DNA of 64,000 nt from the NCBI GenBank assembly GCA_964478755.1, contig CAYZJP010000003.1, forward strand, positions 7,477 to 71,476, in the 5' to 3' direction. Below are positions 46,431 through 55,518 of the stretch, in pieces. The position numbers and the translations under genes were made by a program. The notes below the pieces were generated by a model that was not told the origin of the DNA, did not search any database, and was given only the letters and a program-made list of their open reading frames with translations. Position 1 is the stretch's first letter; every line of letters starts with the position of its first letter. Source of the stretch: an uncultured Klebsiella sp. Its GTDB lineage: Bacteria; Verrucomicrobiota; Verrucomicrobiia; Limisphaerales; SXTU01.

Positions 46431-49400
46431 TTGAGTGCCTGCAAATCACATTTGCTGTTCGCGCGCGTGACGGTGGTCGCTGCCGTCCTGTTCGGCATCG
46501 TTGTCATCACAGCAAAGGCCGCTGACCGAGCCGAGGCTGATCTGGAACGCCGGTTCACTGGCACTGTCCGACCGTTCGTCGAGGCTTACTGCGTCTCGTG
46601 CCACGGCAAGGAGAAGCCCAAGGCGCAGTTCGACCTCAGCCCATTCTCCACGATGGCGGCAGTCACGCAGGATCACGCGCGCTGGGCGCTGGTGCTGGAC
46701 AAACTTTCTGCAAAAGAGATGCCGCCAGAAGAGGCAAAGAAGCATCCCGCGCCGAAGCAGCGCGATGAAGTCATCGCATGGATTCAGGCGCTGCGCCGGC
46801 ACGAGGCGGAGAAGCACGCGGGCGATCCCGGCCCGGTGCTGGCGCGGCGGTTGAGCAACGCCGAATACGACTACACCATCCGCGACCTAACGGGCTTCGA
46901 CTTGCGCCCGACGCGTGAATTCCCCGTGGACCCGGCGAATCAGGCGGGCTTCGACAATTCCGGCGAATCACTTGCGATGTCGCCCGCGCTGTTGAAGAAA
47001 TATCTGCAAGCCGCGCGCTCGGTCGCCGATCATCTCGTGCTGAAGCCGGACGGCTTCGATTTCGCGCCGCACCCGGTCCTCGCGGAAACGGACCGCGACA
47101 AGTATTCCATCCTGCGCATCGTGGATTTTTACAAACGCCAGCCGACGGACTACGCGGATTATTTCCTCGCGGCGTGGCGTTACCAGCATCGCACCGAGCT
47201 GGGCAAACGCCGCGCCACACTCGCCGACTTCGCCGCCGAGGCGAGGATCAGCGCCAAGTATCTCGAACTTATTTGGGCCACGTTGACGGAGGCGAAGGAC
47301 ACGGTCGGCCCTGTCGCAAAGCTGCACGCGATGTGGCACGCATTGCCGAAGCCCGACGCGAAGCGCCCGGATGCCGCGCGCGACGGCTGCATCGAGATGC
47401 GTGACTTCGTCGGCGGCTTGCGTAGGAAACTGGAATGGAAATTCAAGAACCTTGAGCTCCGGGGCGTTTCCTCTGGCGGCCAGTGCTTCATCATGTGGAA
47501 GAACCGCCAATACGCGACGCATCGCCGGCTGCTGAATCCCGACACGCTGGAACTCGGCGGTGTAGTCAGGCCTGTCCCACCGCGAAAAAATGCGAAGGAC
47601 GAGGATGGTAATCCTGTGCCTGAACCAGTCGTGAACGGGCCAGACGCGGACCTGTTTGTCCCGGCGGACGAGCGCGCTCGCGCGCCTTACCTCGCGTCCT
47701 TCGAGCGATTCTGCAACGTGTTTCCCGACGCCTTCTACATCTCGGAACGCGGGCGGATGCACATGGAGCGGCCCAATGACAAAGGCCGCCTCCTGAGCGC
47801 GGGCTTTCACAACATGATGGGCTACTTCCGCGATGACGCGCCGCTCATGGAGTTGATTCTCGATGACGCGGGCCGTCGTGCGCTGGACCGCCTGTGGCTG
47901 GAGTTTGACTTCGTCGCGTTCGTGCCCGAGCGGCAGCACAAAGAGTTCATCTTCTACGAACGCGCCGAGTCCAAGACGATCAAGGGGCCGGAGTTCGACT
48001 TCGCGCGCTCCGAGGACAAGGACGTGACTTCGCCGGCAAAGCTCCAACGGCTCACCGACGTGTATCTCGCGATGGCGCGTGAAAGCCTGCAAAACAACGG
48101 CGGCCAGCCAATGGTGATTGATGCCATTGCGGACCATTTCAAAATCACCTCGGCCAATATCCGCGGCATCGAGCAGGTCCGCGCCACAGCAGAACCGACT
48201 CATCTCCCCTCGCTGCTGAAGTTCGCCGAACGCGCGTATCGTCGTCCGCTCGCGCAAACGGAACGTGATGAGCTTCTGGCGTTCTATCGTTCGCTGCGCG
48301 CGAAGGACGGGCTGAGTCACGAGGACGCGATTCGCGATTCGGTGGTGAGCGTGCTGATGTCGCCGCACTTCTGCTACCGAATTGATTCGCTCGAGGCCGC
48401 AGGCGCTTCCAAAAAAATCGGCGGGACCGGCCTGCCGGACACGCAGCTTAAAGTGCGGCCATTGTCCGACCACGCGCTCGCCAGCCGACTGAGCTACTTC
48501 CTTTGGTCGAGCATGCCGGATGAAGAACTGCTCGCCCGCGCTGCTGCCGGCGATTTGCACAAGCCCGAAGTGCTCGCCGCGCAGGCGAGACGTATGATGA
48601 AAGACGCGCGCATTCGCGGCCTCGCGGTGGAGTTCGGCGGTAACTGGCTCGACTTCCGCCGCTTCGAGGAACACAACGCCGTGGATCGCGAGCGCTTCCC
48701 CGGCTTCAACGATGAGTTGCGCTCGGCGATGTTCGAGGAGCCGGTGCGCTTCATGTTGGATGTCGTGCAGGAAAACCATTCCGTGCTGGAGTTCCTTTAC
48801 GCGAAGCACACGTTCGTCAATGCACCGCTCGCGAAGCACTACGGCATGACTGAAGCGTTTTCTTCATTAGAAAACAAATCCGTCACCAACCTTCGGCAGT
48901 CCAAGGAGCGCGGCATTTATGCCGCTTCGACAATCTCGGGCGCTGTGACACTGAAGCGGCCTGAAGGCCGCGCTCCACTTGCAGGAGATGAGCCTTCAGC
49001 CGCCAGCAACTGGCTCCGCATCAATGACGCCGACCGTTACGAGCGCGGCGGCATTCTGCCGATGGCCGTGTTCCAGACCAAGAACGCGCCCGGCCTGCGC
49101 ACCAGCCCGGTCAAGCGGGGCTATTGGGTCGTGCGCCGCGTGCTCGGCGAGCAAATCCCGCCGCCGCCGCCGGTCGTGCCGGAGCTGCCGCATGACGAGG
49201 CAAAGCTGGACCTGCCGCTGCGCGACGTGCTCGCAAAACACCGCGAGGACAAATCCTGCGCCGCGTGCCACGCGCGCTTCGACTCGTTCGGACTCGTGTT
49301 TGAAAACTACGGTCCTGTCGGTGAGCGGCGCGAAAAGGATTTGGGCGGTCGGCCGGTGGACACGCGCGCGACCTTCCCCGGCGGCAGCGAACGGACGGGC

Positions 49401-49643
49401 TTGGACGGTCTGCGCGCCTACATCCGCGAGCGGCGCCAAGACGACTTCCTCGACAACCTCTCCCGCAAGCTGCTAGGCTACGCATTAGGTCGCAGCCTTA
49501 TGCTCTCTGACGATGTCACGATCCGCGAGATGCGCGCGAAGCTCGCCGCGAACGGCTTCCGCTTCGGCAGCCTCGTCGAAGGCATCGTCACGAGTCCGCA
49601 GTTCTGCAACAAACGTGCTCCTGATGAACTCGCCCAGGAATAA
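46431..49643 (+). CDS. second DUF1587/92/95/88/85-type protein (1070 aa) with cytochrome-c-like CxxCH motifs
   Basis: AYCVSCHGKEKPKAQFDLS, EMPPEEAKKHP, SRLSYFLWSSMPDEELL, TSPVKRGYWVVRRVLGEQIPPPPP, CAACHARFDSFGLVFENYGPVGERR. The start is uncertain (TTG 46431, TTG 46452 or GTG 46467). Confidence 0.85.
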   Translation: MSACKSHLLFARVTVVAAVLFGIVVITAKAADRAEADLERRFTGTVRPFVEAYCVSCHGKEKPKAQFDLSPFSTMAAVTQDHARWALVLDKLSAKEMPPEEAKKHPAPKQRDEVIAWIQALRRHEAEKHAGDPGPVLARRLSNAEYDYTIRDLTGFDLRPTREFPVDPANQAGFDNSGESLAMSPALLKKYLQAARSVADHLVLKPDGFDFAPHPVLAETDRDKYSILRIVDFYKRQPTDYADYFLAAWRYQHRTELGKRRATLADFAAEARISAKYLELIWATLTEAKDTVGPVAKLHAMWHALPKPDAKRPDAARDGCIEMRDFVGGLRRKLEWKFKNLELRGVSSGGQCFIMWKNRQYATHRRLLNPDTLELGGVVRPVPPRKNAKDEDGNPVPEPVVNGPDADLFVPADERARAPYLASFERFCNVFPDAFYISERGRMHMERPNDKGRLLSAGFHNMMGYFRDDAPLMELILDDAGRRALDRLWLEFDFVAFVPERQHKEFIFYERAESKTIKGPEFDFARSEDKDVTSPAKLQRLTDVYLAMARESLQNNGGQPMVIDAIADHFKITSANIRGIEQVRATAEPTHLPSLLKFAERAYRRPLAQTERDELLAFYRSLRAKDGLSHEDAIRDSVVSVLMSPHFCYRIDSLEAAGASKKIGGTGLPDTQLKVRPLSDHALASRLSYFLWSSMPDEELLARAAAGDLHKPEVLAAQARRMMKDARIRGLAVEFGGNWLDFRRFEEHNAVDRERFPGFNDELRSAMFEEPVRFMLDVVQENHSVLEFLYAKHTFVNAPLAKHYGMTEAFSSLENKSVTNLRQSKERGIYAASTISGAVTLKRPEGRAPLAGDEPSAASNWLRINDADRYERGGILPMAVFQTKNAPGLRTSPVKRGYWVVRRVLGEQIPPPPPVVPELPHDEAKLDLPLRDVLAKHREDKSCAACHARFDSFGLVFENYGPVGERREKDLGGRPVDTRATFPGGSERTGLDGLRAYIRERRQDDFLDNLSRKLLGYALGRSLMLSDDVTIREMRAKLAANGFRFGSLVEGIVTSPQFCNKRAPDELAQE

Positions 49644-49718
49644 TTTTCCCGGCGTGGTCGTCAGTGGAAGGCGGTGGCGTGCTTATGAGTTCAAACTCGC
49701 CCGGCCTCAAACCGACCT

Positions 49719-50645
49719 ATGAAAACCCGCTTTTCCATGCTCCTGGCGATCGGGACGGTTTACGCCCGCTTTTGCTTTACGGCGTCGGCTCACCCAGGGT
49801 CAGGCATTGTTGTTGACCCACAGGGTCAGGTGTTCTTCCAGGACAGTGCCGCCCGCACCATCTGGAAGATCGACACCCAGGGCAAAGTGACGGCGTATTA
49901 CGACAAGCTGGGGGGACACTGGATTGCTTTGGACACCAAAGGCAAGTTTGCCCGCTCTGGTTTGAAGCTGGTCGAGAGGATTACGCCCGAGGGTGTCACG
50001 CCAGCCCTGATCGTCGCGGACGGCGGCGCTCCCATCACCGTCAACACGGATGGAAACCTCTATTACGGCCTAAGCGTTTCAATCACCGGCGGGGGGAGCG
50101 TGGGGCTTACGAAGATTTCCCCTGATGGAAAACGGGAGCCGTTTGCGCCTGACTTTGCCAGAAGCATTGAGGACCTCGGCATTACCGGACTCGCGAGCGG
50201 ACCCAATGACGTCATTTACGCTGCGTGTCTCACAGGCGTCATGAAGGTGACGACTGACGGGAGGTTCACCACGTTGGCCGGCCCGGTGGTTGTGAAGGAT
50301 TGCGACCATGACGCACCCACCGCCTTCCTGCGCGGTCTTGACGTGGATTCACATGGAACTGTCTATGCGGCGGCCTGCGGTTGCCGCTGTGTGCTGAAGA
50401 TAACAGCCGATGGCAGGGTCGAAACGGTATTGAAGGCCGAAAGACCGTGGTCTCCTACCGGAGTCGCCGTGCACGGGGACGAGGTTTACGTCCTCGAATA
50501 TACCAATGCCAACGGCCACTTCACCGAGGGTTGGCTGCCGCGCGTCCGAAAACTGAGTCGCGATGGCAAAGTCACGACGCTGGCCACCATTTCAAAAGCG
50601 CAGCAGAACGCACAGCCAAACAGGCTTGGTCTGCAAGCGAAATGA
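49719..50645 (+). CDS. secreted beta-propeller protein (NHL/SMP-30-like), hypothetical
   Basis: Signal peptide MLLAIGTVYARFCFTASA. Repeated short beta-strand blades (G.VFFQD, GNLYYG, VIYAA, TVYAAA, EVYVLE). Confidence 0.6.
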   Translation: MKTRFSMLLAIGTVYARFCFTASAHPGSGIVVDPQGQVFFQDSAARTIWKIDTQGKVTAYYDKLGGHWIALDTKGKFARSGLKLVERITPEGVTPALIVADGGAPITVNTDGNLYYGLSVSITGGGSVGLTKISPDGKREPFAPDFARSIEDLGITGLASGPNDVIYAACLTGVMKVTTDGRFTTLAGPVVVKDCDHDAPTAFLRGLDVDSHGTVYAAACGCRCVLKITADGRVETVLKAERPWSPTGVAVHGDEVYVLEYTNANGHFTEGWLPRVRKLSRDGKVTTLATISKAQQNAQPNRLGLQAK

Positions 50646-50696
50646 CGCTGACTTTCAACCGCCCAATGAAACCGGTGCCTGAAACACAATTGCCCT

Positions 50697-52052
50697 ATGC
50701 GCGAACTTAACCAACCTTCGCCCGCCGCCCGCCGCCAGCGCCTCGCCCGCCGCACGTTCCTGCGGGGCGTTGGCGTCACCATGGCTTTGCCGTGGCTTGA
50801 ATCCATTCCCGTCTGGGGCGATGCGCCCGCGAAGTCGGACGCGCCTGGACCGTTTCCAAAACGATTCTGCGTGCAGTTCATGGGCAACGGCATCAACGCG
50901 AATCACTGGTGGGCGAAAGGCTCAGGCCCGGACATGGAACTCAGCAAGAGCCTCTCGCCGCTGGAGCCGTTCAAGACGAAGGTCAACGTCATCAACGGAC
51001 TGTTCAACAAGCCTTCCACCGGCGTCGGCATTCATCCCGGCATGACGGGCAACATCCTTTCCGGCATGCCGCTGCAAAAGGGCGCGGTGCTGCACGGCGG
51101 CATCAGCATGGACCAGGTGCTCGCCAATCACATCGGCCAGGACACGGTGCAGCCGAGCATGGTGCTCGCGTGCGAGCAGCCGCTCACCGGTTATCACGAG
51201 ACGAATTTCTCGATGGCCTACAGCTCGCACATTTCGTGGCAGAGCGCGGACTCGCCGGTGCCGACGGAGGTTTATCCCTCGCTCGCCTTTGACAGCTTGT
51301 TTGAAAACAGCGGCAGCCGGCGCACGCAGAGCGTTCTCGACCGCGTGAAGGAACAGGCTGAGAGCTTGAGCCGCAAGGTGAGTTCCACCGACAAAGCCAA
51401 GCTCGACGAATATCTCACCAGTGTCCGCGAAGTGGAGAAGCGCGCGGAGCGGATGCGCGACGACAAGACCAAGGCCGAGGACAACGCGCGCGACAAAGGC
51501 CGCCCGATCTTTACGATGAAGCGTCCCGACAACGGCCTGCCCGAGGACATCCGCGAGCACATGCGGCTGATGTGCGACATCGTCGCGCTCGGTTTCCAGA
51601 CCGACAAAACGCGTGTCGCCTCGATGCTCATGTGCCGCGACCTGTCCGGGTTGTTCTATCCATTTCTCGACGTGCGCGACGCGCACCATCCCGCCTCGCA
51701 CAACGACCAGTCCGACGGCTATGAGCGCGTGTCGCGCCTCTACGTCAGCCAGCTTGCGCATCTCGCGAGTCGCCTCTCGGCGATGCCGGAGGGCGAAGGC
51801 ACCGTGCTCGACCACTCGTGCCTGCTCTTCGTGAACAACATGTGGTCCGGCTCCCGGCACGACAACAGCAAGCTCCCCGTGCTCACGGTCGGCGGACTCG
51901 GCGGCGTGTTGCAAACAGGTCGCGTCCTCGACTACCGCGACAAGGGTGACGACAACCGCAAGCTGTGCAGCCTGTATCTCTCGTTGATGGACCGCATGGA
52001 TGTGAAGCTCCCGCGCTTCGGCGACGCCGAGTCGCGTCTCGTGGGGCTTTGA
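50697..52052 (+). CDS. DUF1552 domain protein (Tat signal), second copy
   Basis: RRQRLARRTFLRGVGVTMALPWLESI. HHPASHNDQSD. LPVLTVGGLGGVLQTGR. Colinear with 42304-43653. Confidence 0.85.
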   Translation: MRELNQPSPAARRQRLARRTFLRGVGVTMALPWLESIPVWGDAPAKSDAPGPFPKRFCVQFMGNGINANHWWAKGSGPDMELSKSLSPLEPFKTKVNVINGLFNKPSTGVGIHPGMTGNILSGMPLQKGAVLHGGISMDQVLANHIGQDTVQPSMVLACEQPLTGYHETNFSMAYSSHISWQSADSPVPTEVYPSLAFDSLFENSGSRRTQSVLDRVKEQAESLSRKVSSTDKAKLDEYLTSVREVEKRAERMRDDKTKAEDNARDKGRPIFTMKRPDNGLPEDIREHMRLMCDIVALGFQTDKTRVASMLMCRDLSGLFYPFLDVRDAHHPASHNDQSDGYERVSRLYVSQLAHLASRLSAMPEGEGTVLDHSCLLFVNNMWSGSRHDNSKLPVLTVGGLGGVLQTGRVLDYRDKGDDNRKLCSLYLSLMDRMDVKLPRFGDAESRLVGL

Positions 52053-52067
52053 AAAACAGCGCGGTCG

Positions 52068-53774
52068 TTAGTTCTTCTCCGCTTCGCTTCTCGAAGCGTG
52101 CCGCAAAACCCGGCCGGGGCGGCTGCCCGTGTGAATTCCATTTTCAAGGACAAACTGGCCGTTGACGACGACGTGGGTGATGCCTTCGCCGTAGTGGAAC
52201 GGGTCTTCGTAAGTGGCGCGGTCAATCACGCGCGCGGGATCGAAGATGACGATGTCGGCGAAGCAGCCCGCGCGCAGCAGGCCGCGGTCGCGCAGGCCGA
52301 GCTTGGCGGCGTTGAGCGAGGTCATCTTGCGGACGGCGTCCTCCAGCCGCAGCAGGCCGCGCTCGCGGACATAGACGCCGAGCACGCGCGGGAACGTGCC
52401 GAAGTTGCGCGGGTGTGGATGGCCGCGTCGCAGCAGGCCGTCCGTGGCGAAGGCGGAACCGTCCGAGCCGATGGAGCACCAGGGCTGCACGAGCGCGAGG
52501 TTCATGTCCTCCTCGGTGTGGTGCGCATACACGGTGCCCACGGAGCCGCCCTGCTCGATGAGCAAGTCGAAGAGGATGTCGAGCGGGTCGGGCTTGGGCG
52601 TCCGGCCGTCGCTCTTCAGGGCGATGACGCGGTCCATGGTCATGCCTTTGTAGGCGTTGTTCGCGCTCACAAGCATCCGGCTCCAATCGCCACCGACCGC
52701 GGTGTAGTGATTATACCAGTCGGAGAGGCCGCCGCGGATGTCCTGCTTCAAACGCGGACGCTGCGCGGGGTCCTTGAGCCGCGCGAGCAGCGCATCGCGT
52801 CCACCCTCATGCGCCCAGGGCGGGATGATGCTGGCGAGGTCGTTGTTGCCGCGCGTGTAGGGATAGACGTTGGCCTGCACGTTCACGCCGCGCCGGCGCG
52901 CGGCCTCGATGCGCGCGATGACTTCCTTCATGCGGCCCCAGTATTTCTCGTCGGTGATCTTCAAGTGAATGATGTCCACCGGCACGCCGGCACGCTCGCC
53001 GATGGCAATGGCCTGCTTGATCGAATCGAACACGCCGAGGCCCTCGTCGTGAATGTGCGTCGAGTAAATGCCGCCGTGCTGCCGGACAACCTGGCACAAT
53101 TCGACGAGTTCATCCGTCGTCGCGAGCGAGCCGGGCGGCATCATCAGCGCGGTGGACAAGCCGAACGCGCCGTCGTTCATCGCCTCTGCGACGAGTTCCT
53201 TCATGCGCAGCAATTCGGCGGGAGTCGGCCGGGCGAAGGACGAGCCCATGACGCATTGCCAGATGTTTCCCTCGCCCACGTAGGAGACGACATTCACCGA
53301 AACGCCCGAGCGCTCGACCGCGGCGAAGTAATCACCGAGCGTGCGGAGCTGCGTGGGTTGGTTCCTCACAGAGACGGGACGCGGCGTGAGCTTGCCGACG
53401 AACGGCCCCGCAGAGCCGCCTTCACCGAGCACCTCGGTGGTCACGCCCTGACGAATTTTGCTCTGCGCGGTGCCGTCCTCGAGCAGCATGAAGTCCGAGT
53501 GCGAGTGGACATCTATGAAGCCCGGCGCGACGACCAGCCCGCGCGCGTCAATCTCGCGCCGCGCGCCCCCGTTCACGCGACCGACGCTGACGATGCGGTC
53601 GCCTTTCACCGCGATGTCACCGAGGAACCACGGGTTGCCCGTGCCGTCGGCGATCTTGCCGTTGCGGATGATGAGATCGTATTTCGGCTCGGCGGCAGGA
53701 ATGTTAAACGCGGTCGCCAGGCAAATGAGCACCGTAAAACGAACGCGAGCCAGTCGAAGGATTTTCAGCTTCAT
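52068..53774 (-). CDS. N-acyl-D-amino-acid deacylase (D-aminoacylase) family amidohydrolase, secreted
   Basis: Signal peptide. APGFIDVHSHSD metal-binding HxH. GVTTEVLGEGG, YSTHIHDEG, and the RLGLRDRGLLRAGCFADIVIFDP tail. Confidence 0.82.
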   Translation of the reverse strand: MKLKILRLARVRFTVLICLATAFNIPAAEPKYDLIIRNGKIADGTGNPWFLGDIAVKGDRIVSVGRVNGGARREIDARGLVVAPGFIDVHSHSDFMLLEDGTAQSKIRQGVTTEVLGEGGSAGPFVGKLTPRPVSVRNQPTQLRTLGDYFAAVERSGVSVNVVSYVGEGNIWQCVMGSSFARPTPAELLRMKELVAEAMNDGAFGLSTALMMPPGSLATTDELVELCQVVRQHGGIYSTHIHDEGLGVFDSIKQAIAIGERAGVPVDIIHLKITDEKYWGRMKEVIARIEAARRRGVNVQANVYPYTRGNNDLASIIPPWAHEGGRDALLARLKDPAQRPRLKQDIRGGLSDWYNHYTAVGGDWSRMLVSANNAYKGMTMDRVIALKSDGRTPKPDPLDILFDLLIEQGGSVGTVYAHHTEEDMNLALVQPWCSIGSDGSAFATDGLLRRGHPHPRNFGTFPRVLGVYVRERGLLRLEDAVRKMTSLNAAKLGLRDRGLLRAGCFADIVIFDPARVIDRATYEDPFHYGEGITHVVVNGQFVLENGIHTGSRPGRVLRHASRSEAEKN

Positions 53775-54162
53775 GGCAGTGACCAATGCGAACACTCGGA
53801 ACAGCGTATTGGAGACACGACGATGACGGGGCGAGGCGTTTGATTGGTCGTCACCGAGGCGACTTTGCCGCTGACAAGCATGACTTAGAACACGGTTGAA
53901 GAAACTCCTCGAGTGCGCAAGGAAATGACATCGTCCACGGCCAGGCGGTAAGAGAGGTTCCGAGTTTTGATCCAGATGACATTGGTTTCTTTGTCCATGC
54001 AGGTGAGTCGCAGCTTCAGGATTTCACCTGGCGTGTCGGCGCTGACTGCATGAAGCCCGCCGAGGGCTGCTATCAAAACCAAAGTGCATGGGATCGTGCT
54101 CGGGGGACAGGCTTCATGGTGGTCTTCATTCGGAGGGTGGTTTTTAAGGACGCAAACTTTAG

Positions 54163-54560
54163 CGCTACAACCAGCATCATGTGATCCTCGAAGTGGATCC
54201 GGACTTCCTGAAAGACCCCTCTTCGCTGGACAAGATTTTTGTCAAATCGAACACGGGACATCAAATTCCGCTTGCCGGCGTCGCGCAGTTTAAGACCGTC
54301 AACTCCAGTCTGTCCGTCAGTCATCAAGGCCAGTTCCCCGCCGTCACAATCTCGTTCAATCTCGCGCCCGGCGTCGCACTGGGGCAGGCCACGGAAGTCA
54401 TTCAGAAGACCGCCGAGGAGCTGCATATGCCATCCAGCATTTCAGGCAGCTTCCAAGGGACGGCGCAAATCTTTCGCGCGTCGTTGACGAATATGCCGCT
54501 GCTCATCGCGGCGGCGCTGCTCGCCGTTTATGTCGTCTTGGGCATGCTCCACGAAAGCCT
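54163..54560 (+). pseudogene. internal fragment (~130 codons) of an RND efflux permease (AcrB/MdtB/MdtC-like)
   Basis: RYNQHHVILEVDPDFLKDPSSLDKIFVKSNTGHQIPLAGVAQFK...SVSHQGQFPAVTISFNLAPGVALGQA...GSFQGTAQIF...LLIAAALLAVYVVLGMLHES is colinear with the C-terminal periplasmic loop/TM region of ~1040-aa RND pumps. Stops lie just upstream (54145, 54160). Similarity ends after LHES. Confidence 0.7.
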
Positions 54561-54601
54561 CATTGGCGGTTTGCAGGGGAGGCCACCCCATCGCCGCTCC
54601 G

Positions 54602-54715
54602 GAGCAGTAATTCAGTGCTCCCAAGCGGTGGTTGAGTGCTTCTGAGCAGTAATCCAGTGCTCCCGACCACTGCACTCCTGCTTCCGAGCTGTGGCTGAGT
54701 GCTCCCGAGCACTGA
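54602..54715. repeat. degenerate ~42-bp tandem repeat
   Basis: gagcagtaattcagtgctccc... at 54602 and gagcagtaatccagtgctccc... at 54644, with a partial third unit gagctgtggctgagtgctcccgagcactg. Confidence 0.6.
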
Positions 54716-54754
54716 TTTATGGCGAGGAAGCAGTGATTTAGGGGAGCGGATCAC

Positions 54755-55036
54755 TCACCGGGTCCATCGAAGCATTGGCCTTGGACATCGCAGCCCAGAC
54801 CAACAGCTTCCGAGCACAACGGGAGGAAAGCCGCTGAGGCTGTAGCCCAGCGATGGCGACCAGCCGGTGAACTGGACGATGCTCTCCCACAGTCGTTTTG
54901 GGCCTAAGACCGGCAGGCCGAAACCCACGAGCATCACGACCACCGAGAAGAGCGCAAAGGCCCGCAACTCCAGCGGCACGGCGGAGAACTTGGACAGGAA
55001 GCCGACCCAAGAATTTCGTTGTGGCGGTTGGCTCAT
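54755..55036 (-). CDS. possible small membrane protein (93 aa)
   Basis: One clear TM helix (LRAFALFSVVVMLVGFGLPVL). No homology recognised. It lies in a decayed region. Confidence 0.25.
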   Translation of the reverse strand: MSQPPQRNSWVGFLSKFSAVPLELRAFALFSVVVMLVGFGLPVLGPKRLWESIVQFTGWSPSLGYSLSGFPPVVLGSCWSGLRCPRPMLRWTR

Positions 55037-55111
55037 GGTGAAAAGCGAAAACTCACCTACCCCGCCTCGTGCGACAGAATTCGCCAGTGCATCGTCACGC
55101 GGCCGCGCGTT

Positions 55112-55247
55112 CTCCCTCACCCCTGCCCTCTCCCGCTGGGAGAGGGAGGACGTTCGACTGCGGGGGGCGTTGCGCGGCGCGCTCCCGGAGATGACGCGTC
55201 CCGGCCCGCTCCCCTCTCCCAGCGGGAGAGGGAAAGGGTGAGGGAGA
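55112..55247. repeat. family A palindromic element, intergenic copy
   Basis: ctccctcacccctgccctctcccgctgggagagggagg ... ctcccctctcccagcgggagagggaaagggtgagggag. Confidence 0.85.
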
Positions 55248-55297
55248 AAAGCGACGAAGCTTTTGAGGTTTGAGAGTTCACGGGCCGGTTCGTGGAT

Positions 55298-55504
55298 TCA
55301 TCTTCGAAGCTTGAGAAACTGCCATCTGGCGAGGCCCAGAACCAAACCGGCGCAGCCGGCGACCAAGGCACGCGCCCACATGGAATCAAATTCAGGGCGC
55401 AGGCCCATGAGGACGCCAAACACGAGGCAACCGGAGATCATCACAACCCAACTCCAGCGGTGCGCTTCGTTTCGTCGTTCTAGGTCTGAAAGTTTTTCAC
55501 CCAT
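55298..55504 (-). CDS. possible small two-TM membrane protein (68 aa)
   Basis: Two hydrophobic helices. It starts 14 nt downstream of the FG-GAP gene stop on the same strand. No recognisable SD. Confidence 0.3.
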   Translation of the reverse strand: MGEKLSDLERRNEAHRWSWVVMISGCLVFGVLMGLRPEFDSMWARALVAGCAGLVLGLARWQFLKLRR

Positions 55505-55518
55505 GCTGTTTCAGTCTG

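Noticed and set aside
46084-46449. 121-aa minus ORF in the divergent promoter region between the two DUF1592-type genes.
   Set aside because: Part of the translation (FNRLSAPAWEASGANFGGTRLAESLRDGG) looks vaguely protein-like. However, I recognise no family, it would overlap the neighbouring start region, and no SD is evident. It is left unannotated and could be rechecked by homology search.
46968-48839. 623-aa minus ORF.
   Set aside because: Antisense to the second DUF1592-type gene. It is a shadow frame.
52098-53843. 581-aa plus ORF.
   Set aside because: Antisense to the D-aminoacylase gene, whose HxH and other amidohydrolase motifs are clear on the minus strand.
53885-54082. 65-aa minus ORF in the AT-richer spacer upstream of the RND fragment.
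   Set aside because: It has no start context, no homology that I recognise, and lies in a region that appears decayed. The support is insufficient to call a gene.
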